Shown one piece after another: positions 34,298-38,451 of a stretch of DNA of 38,451 nt. The stretch lies in NCBI GenBank assembly GCA_021205485.1, contig JAJPXK010000128.1, positions 1-38,451 of the forward strand, in the 5' to 3' direction. Position 1 is the stretch's first letter, and the number at the start of each line of letters is the position of its first letter. Source of the DNA: Clostridia bacterium. Its GTDB lineage: Bacteria; Bacillota; Clostridia; Christensenellales; Borkfalkiaceae. A program made the position numbers and the translations under genes. The notes under the pieces are model-generated. The model had not been told where the DNA came from and ran no database searches. It saw nothing but the letters and a program-made list of their open reading frames with translations.

Positions 34298-34375
34298 AGA
34301 GGGACATCTCGACTCGCCACAATAAGACAATGGCGTTACTTGCCACATACTGCCGTACCAATTGGAGAAATTTAT

Positions 34376-36052
34376 ATGAAAGAGGATAACTTACAAAATA
34401 TATTTTCTGAAAGCAACGATATGAGCTCGCAGCGTTCGCTTTTGCGGGCTTTAGGCTGGACAGACAGCGAAATGAAAAAGCCTATAGTAGGCATTATCTG
34501 CGCGCAGAGCGAGATAATCCCGGGGCACATGCATCTTGACATGATAGCGAGGGCCGCCTCGGAAGGCGTTATCGCCGCGGGCGGCAAGCCCGTAATAGTG
34601 CCTTCGATAGGCGTTTGCGACGGCATCGCCATGGGCCACGAGGGAATGAAATACTCCCTCCCCTCCCGCGAAATCATCGCCGACAGCGCCGAAATTTTGA
34701 TACGCGCTCACGCTATGCAGGCGGCCGTGTTTATAGGCAACTGCGACAAGATAATCCCCGGCATGCTTATGGCGGCCGCAAGGGTAAACATACCCTCGAT
34801 ATTCGTTTCGGGCGGGCCTATGCTCGCGGGGCATGTAAGGGGCAAAAAGACCTCGCTTTCTACCATGTTCGAAGAGGTAGGCGCCTTCAACGCCGGCAAG
34901 ATAGACGCTGAAGAACTCAAAGACTTTGAATGCAACGCCTGCCCTTCGTGCGGGTCGTGTTCGGGCATGTTCACGGCGAACAGCATGAACTGCCTGTGCG
35001 AGGCTTTAGGCATGGCCCTCCCCGGCAACGGCACCATACCTATGGCTTATTCCGCAAGGCTCGCCCTTGCCAAAGAGGCCGGCTCCGCGGTAATGAACCT
35101 TTTAAGGAAAAACATCCGTCCTTCGGATATTCTCACCGAAAAGGCGTTCAAAAACGCCGAGACGGTGGATATGGCTATAGGCGCCTCCACCAACTCCGTT
35201 CTTCACCTTTTAGCGGTAGCCAACGAAGCGGGGCTTAAAGACAAAGTTTCGATAGATATTATGAACGAGATATCTTCCAAAACGCCTAACCTCTGCAGGC
35301 TCGCCCCCGCAGGCGAACACTATATAGAGGAACTGAACGACGCAGGCGGCATCTCGGCCGTAATGAAGGAGCTTGAAGACGCAGGCCTTTTGGACGGCGA
35401 CGTTATGACGGCGAGCGGCGTTACTTTACACGAAGTTATTTTAAACGCAAAGGTTCGCGACAGCGAAATCATCCGCCCTGTAGACAATCCTTACTCAAAA
35501 ACGGGCGGCCTCGCCGTATTGAAGGGCAACCTCGCCCCCGAAGGTTCGGTTGTGAAAAAATCTGCGGTAGACCCTAAAATGCTCAAGCACAGCGGCCCCG
35601 CCAAGTGCTTTGACAGCGAAGAAGAGGCCATGCAGGCCATATCTTCCGGCAAAATAGTCAAGGGCGACGTTGTTGTCATCCGCTATGAGGGCCCCGTAGG
35701 CGGCCCCGGCATGAGGGAGATGCTCACCCCTACCTCGGCGATAGTCGGGGCGGGGCTCGGCGCCGACTGCGCCCTTATAACCGACGGAAGATTTTCGGGC
35801 GCCACGCGGGGGGCCGCGATAGGCCACGTATGCCCCGAAGCCGCCGCGGGCGGACTTATAGGGCTTGTAAAAGACGGCGACATTATAGATATCGACATAG
35901 AGAATTGTTCTATAAATCTGATGGTAGACGAAAGCGAGATCGCTTTAAGACGCAAAAACTTTACCCCTAAGGTAAAACCCGTCACTGGTTACCTCGCCCG
36001 CTACAGAAGCAGCGTTACCTCCGCATCCGAAGGGGCCGTCTGGAAAAAATAG
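34376..36052 (+). CDS. ilvD: Dihydroxy-acid dehydratase
   Basis: SQRSLLRALGWTDSEMKKPIVGI...PGHMHL. CDGIAMGHEGMKYSLPSRE. CDKIIPGMLMAA. CPSCGSCSGMFTANSMN. ALITDGRFSGATRG. GGAGA RBS at 34364-34368. The ORF-track extension to 34238 runs through repeat copy C. Confidence 0.93.
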   Translation: MKEDNLQNIFSESNDMSSQRSLLRALGWTDSEMKKPIVGIICAQSEIIPGHMHLDMIARAASEGVIAAGGKPVIVPSIGVCDGIAMGHEGMKYSLPSREIIADSAEILIRAHAMQAAVFIGNCDKIIPGMLMAAARVNIPSIFVSGGPMLAGHVRGKKTSLSTMFEEVGAFNAGKIDAEELKDFECNACPSCGSCSGMFTANSMNCLCEALGMALPGNGTIPMAYSARLALAKEAGSAVMNLLRKNIRPSDILTEKAFKNAETVDMAIGASTNSVLHLLAVANEAGLKDKVSIDIMNEISSKTPNLCRLAPAGEHYIEELNDAGGISAVMKELEDAGLLDGDVMTASGVTLHEVILNAKVRDSEIIRPVDNPYSKTGGLAVLKGNLAPEGSVVKKSAVDPKMLKHSGPAKCFDSEEEAMQAISSGKIVKGDVVVIRYEGPVGGPGMREMLTPTSAIVGAGLGADCALITDGRFSGATRGAAIGHVCPEAAAGGLIGLVKDGDIIDIDIENCSINLMVDESEIALRRKNFTPKVKPVTGYLARYRSSVTSASEGAVWKK

Positions 36053-36148
36053 GGTAAAGTAATAATATTTTGCGGCATATAATAAATTTGCCTCGGCTAT
36101 CGCCGCGGCAAACCAACCGCGAAAACCAATTTACGGAGTCGATTTTAT

Positions 36149-36928
36149 ATGAATCATAAAAAGTTAAAGACCTATCGGGCCAAATCTGACATTGTAAAGA
36201 TAGACTGCGGCGTATTTGACGCCGACGTATCGTTTACGTCCACGTCGCGGCCCGAACTTATAATAGAATACAGCAAACACCTGTATATACGCATAGACGA
36301 AGCCGACGGGGTGGTTACTCTTAAACAGCTTAAAAAGCCGATATTCCATATCCACACGCCTGCGATAAACTTTATAATTCCCGATTGCTGCGTGCCGAAC
36401 CTAAGCCTTAAAATGAACAACGGAAGCGCCACCCTGACCGACGTCATATTCAACGACGCCGAAATCAACGGCGACAATATAAAAACGGAGATAACGGGCT
36501 GCACTTTTGAAAATCTTGCCGTAAAGGCCAAAGACCTTAACGCTTCGGCAGACGATATCACCGTAAAAAACCTCGCCAACGCCACGGCGGACGACGGCAG
36601 GGTAGGCATAGACAATTCCTTCTGCAAAAAGACTGAATGCAGAATGAAAAACGGCAATATAGGCGTAAGCTGCTCCACCTGCGAATATACGGTGCTCGAT
36701 ACGGGCAACGGAACCGTAGCCGCCAATATGGTAGGCAACGAAAAGGACTACACGATAGAACTCAACGGCACGACGGTGAGCGGAAACGAAAATCTTTCTG
36801 AAAGCGGCAAGTCGTTCAGGGCCCGTTCGGCGACGGGCAGCGTCGTAGTAGATTTTTCCCTTCCCGAAGGCGAAGAAGAAATCGAAAAAACGGAAAAAGA
36901 CGAAGATAAACAGAAAATCACCGTCTGA
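36149..36928 (+). CDS. DUF4097-like (putative adhesin / beta-helical) protein with an acidic C-terminal tail
   Basis: ACGGAG RBS. Repetitive NG-x-(I/V/A)-x-(L/V/I) strand pattern: MNNGSATLTDV, INGDNIKTEI, KNGNIGVS, GNGTVAANM, ATGSVVVDF. No signal peptide was seen. The family assignment is tentative. Confidence 0.55.
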   Translation: MNHKKLKTYRAKSDIVKIDCGVFDADVSFTSTSRPELIIEYSKHLYIRIDEADGVVTLKQLKKPIFHIHTPAINFIIPDCCVPNLSLKMNNGSATLTDVIFNDAEINGDNIKTEITGCTFENLAVKAKDLNASADDITVKNLANATADDGRVGIDNSFCKKTECRMKNGNIGVSCSTCEYTVLDTGNGTVAANMVGNEKDYTIELNGTTVSGNENLSESGKSFRARSATGSVVVDFSLPEGEEEIEKTEKDEDKQKITV

Positions 36929-36986
36929 CAAAACAGCAATAAAAACTTCTGTATTGCAATAGGACGTTATAATGCGGCCGAAAGGA

Positions 36987-37187
36987 GATTCCTCGGCAAC
37001 GCTCGGAATGACAGAGAAATAAACGGCAAATAAGCGAACGTCATCCTGAGCGAGCGCGATAGCTTCTTTCTGTCATCCTGCGTGAGGGCGAAAGCCCGAA
37101 ACTTTGCACACCTTATTGTAAAAGGTTTCAGATAATAAGGTGCAAAACGAGCAAAGCGAGTCGAAGGATCCCGCGGGTACCCGCGAA
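36987..37187. repeat. Repeat mosaic: family-1 hairpin units in both orientations plus an inverted copy of the type-II 40-nt core
   Basis: The reverse complement of 36987-37012 is gtcattccgagcgttgccgaggaat. gtcatcctgagcgagcgcgatagc starts at 37040 and gtcatcctgcgtgagggcgaaagccc at 37072. The core is tgcacaccttattgtaaaaggtttcagataataaggtgca (37105-37144). The mosaic ends with tcgaaggatcccgcgggtacccgcg (37161-37185). Confidence 0.75.
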
Positions 37188-37280
37188 CAGAATACTATGA
37201 AAAAACAACCACATTCAAAATGTGTATAAGGGGAAATGATATAAGGCGGCGGAAAGGATATTCCTTCCGCCGTCTTTACG

Positions 37281-37500
37281 TCAAGCTCTATAAAAATACG
37301 CCTCGTTTTCGTGCGTTAAAACCAAAATCCACAATAAACTGTCGTCAAACGCGTAAACCTCTTTGCCAACCTCCGAAGATACGCTGTCTATAATCCAATA
37401 CGGTATAGAGACGTCTTTTTTTATAACACCTTTAAGATTTTCAAACGACGCCGCCCTGTCGTCCTCGTCCAGCAAAGATACGTTTTAATTCTTCATTCAT
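37281..37500 (-). pseudogene. Small hypothetical gene with an apparent 1-nt frame disruption after codon ~9
   Basis: The ATG at 37500 has a GAGGGG RBS 5 nt upstream. It opens MNEELKRIFAGRGRQGGVV and then hits a stop. The 64-aa ORF (LDEDDRAASFENLKG...) continues in the adjacent frame from a TTG at 37475 with no RBS. Confidence 0.35.
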
Positions 37501-37528
37501 AAAATCCCCTCATCCGTCTGCTACGCAG

Positions 37529-37560
37529 CCACCTTCCCCCAAGGGGGGGGAAGGCAAGAC
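37529..37560. repeat. Family-3 hairpin unit containing a G8 homopolymer
   Basis: ccaccttcccccaaggggggggaaggcaagac, with G8 at 37543-37550. It has the same ...aaggggaaggcaag unit seen at 5095-5113 and 11395-11410. It lies between the LysR-family stop and the small-gene start. Confidence 0.7.
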
Positions 37561-37584
37561 TCTTGAATTCTTAATTCTCAGCTC

Positions 37585-38436
37585 TCAATTTCCTAAGAAT
37601 TTTTCAACGATCTCCGTTTTTTCCTGCCTGTAGATGCAGTAGCTTTTTACCGTCGGGGCGGAAAAATCCAGAAGGGGAATTTCTATCAGCGTACCGTCTT
37701 TAATAAGCCCGCTTACCAGACTTTCCGGCGCGAAGCTGTAGCCTAAGCCGTCTTTAAGGTAATCCAAAAGCTTGGTGCTGTTATCAATTTCAAACCCGAA
37801 GGTATAGCGGGGCGGGAAAAGCGAACGTATAAACATGCCTACGTCAGAAAGAGCGAAGTTGCACATAAGGTAATTAAGGTCTGCAAGCTCGCCCTCCTTA
37901 ATCCCCCCTTTATACTGCGTAAGGGCCGAAGAACACACTAAAAGCAGCTTGTCCTCGTCAAATTCCCTGCATATATAGCCCGTCCTTTTCAAGGGAACGT
38001 AAGAGAACACAACGTCGTCTACATTGTCCTGCAGCCTTTGCAGCAAATCGAGGGTATGCCCTAACGAAACTTTAATGGAGACCGCGGGATATGCCTTGAC
38101 GAATGCCTTTACAAGGGAATAAATTTTGCTTTCGTAGACGGCGTTTACCGCCCCTACCCTGAGTTTTTCTTTATACCTTGAAGCCGAGCTTACGGCGCTT
38201 AGGGCGGCGTCTTCCAAATCGAGCATGCGGCGGGCGTATTCCAAAAATACCGCCCCTTCCTCTGTGAGTTCCACCCCTCTGCCGCTGCGGACGAAAAGTT
38301 TTTTGCCGACTTCGTTTTCAAGCTCGGCTATCCTGTTGGTAACCGTAGCCTGCGCTACAAATAACTGTTCTGCCGCTGCGGTAAACTTTTTTACCCTCGC
38401 GAGCGTTGTGAAAGTAAGCAATACGTCTGTATTCAT
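37585..38436 (-). CDS. LysR-family transcriptional regulator
   Basis: The N-terminal wHTH is LLTFTTLARVKKFTAAAEQLFVAQATVTNRIAELENEVGKKLFVRSGRGVELTEEG, followed by a substrate-binding domain of typical length (283 aa total). Confidence 0.9.
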   Translation of the reverse strand: MNTDVLLTFTTLARVKKFTAAAEQLFVAQATVTNRIAELENEVGKKLFVRSGRGVELTEEGAVFLEYARRMLDLEDAALSAVSSASRYKEKLRVGAVNAVYESKIYSLVKAFVKAYPAVSIKVSLGHTLDLLQRLQDNVDDVVFSYVPLKRTGYICREFDEDKLLLVCSSALTQYKGGIKEGELADLNYLMCNFALSDVGMFIRSLFPPRYTFGFEIDNSTKLLDYLKDGLGYSFAPESLVSGLIKDGTLIEIPLLDFSAPTVKSYCIYRQEKTEIVEKFLGN

Positions 38437-38451
38437 CGCTCTCTCCTAAAT

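Overview
The window looks like a Firmicutes/Clostridia-type chromosome: Shine-Dalgarno RBSs, sigma-A-like promoters, ruvX next to a DUF1292 gene, tilS, and ilvB-ilvN-ilvD. This taxonomic guess is inference only. About 60% of the window (6.2-28.8 kb) is one co-directional minus-strand block. In transcription order it encodes a 1463-aa GLUG/beta-helix surface protein, a 2696-aa S8 subtilase resembling cell-envelope proteinases and fused to BspA-type leucine-rich repeats, a 580-aa lipoprotein, an oversized (911 aa) family-5 substrate-binding lipoprotein, four Opp/Dpp-type ABC importer genes with unusual insertions, and a small membrane protein. I read this as a candidate hard-wired 'surface proteolysis to peptide uptake' locus. 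The second system-level candidate is at 0.6-3.6 kb. A NapH-like polyferredoxin membrane protein is fused through a DUF2188-like domain and a TM anchor to an extracytoplasmic TlpA-like thioredoxin (CSGC). It is translationally coupled to a polytopic membrane protein with a C-terminal CYEC motif, and both are divergent from a YhaM/CyuA-type cysteine desulfidase gene. Nearly every long intergenic spacer is filled with short GC-rich hairpin repeats. These include three copies of a roughly 200-bp MITE-like composite element, two of which sit inside operons (SBP/permease spacer, ilvN/ilvD spacer). The repeats create several spurious ORFs and false N-terminal extensions in the ORF track. I found no rRNA, tRNA, CRISPR array, transposase or integrase.
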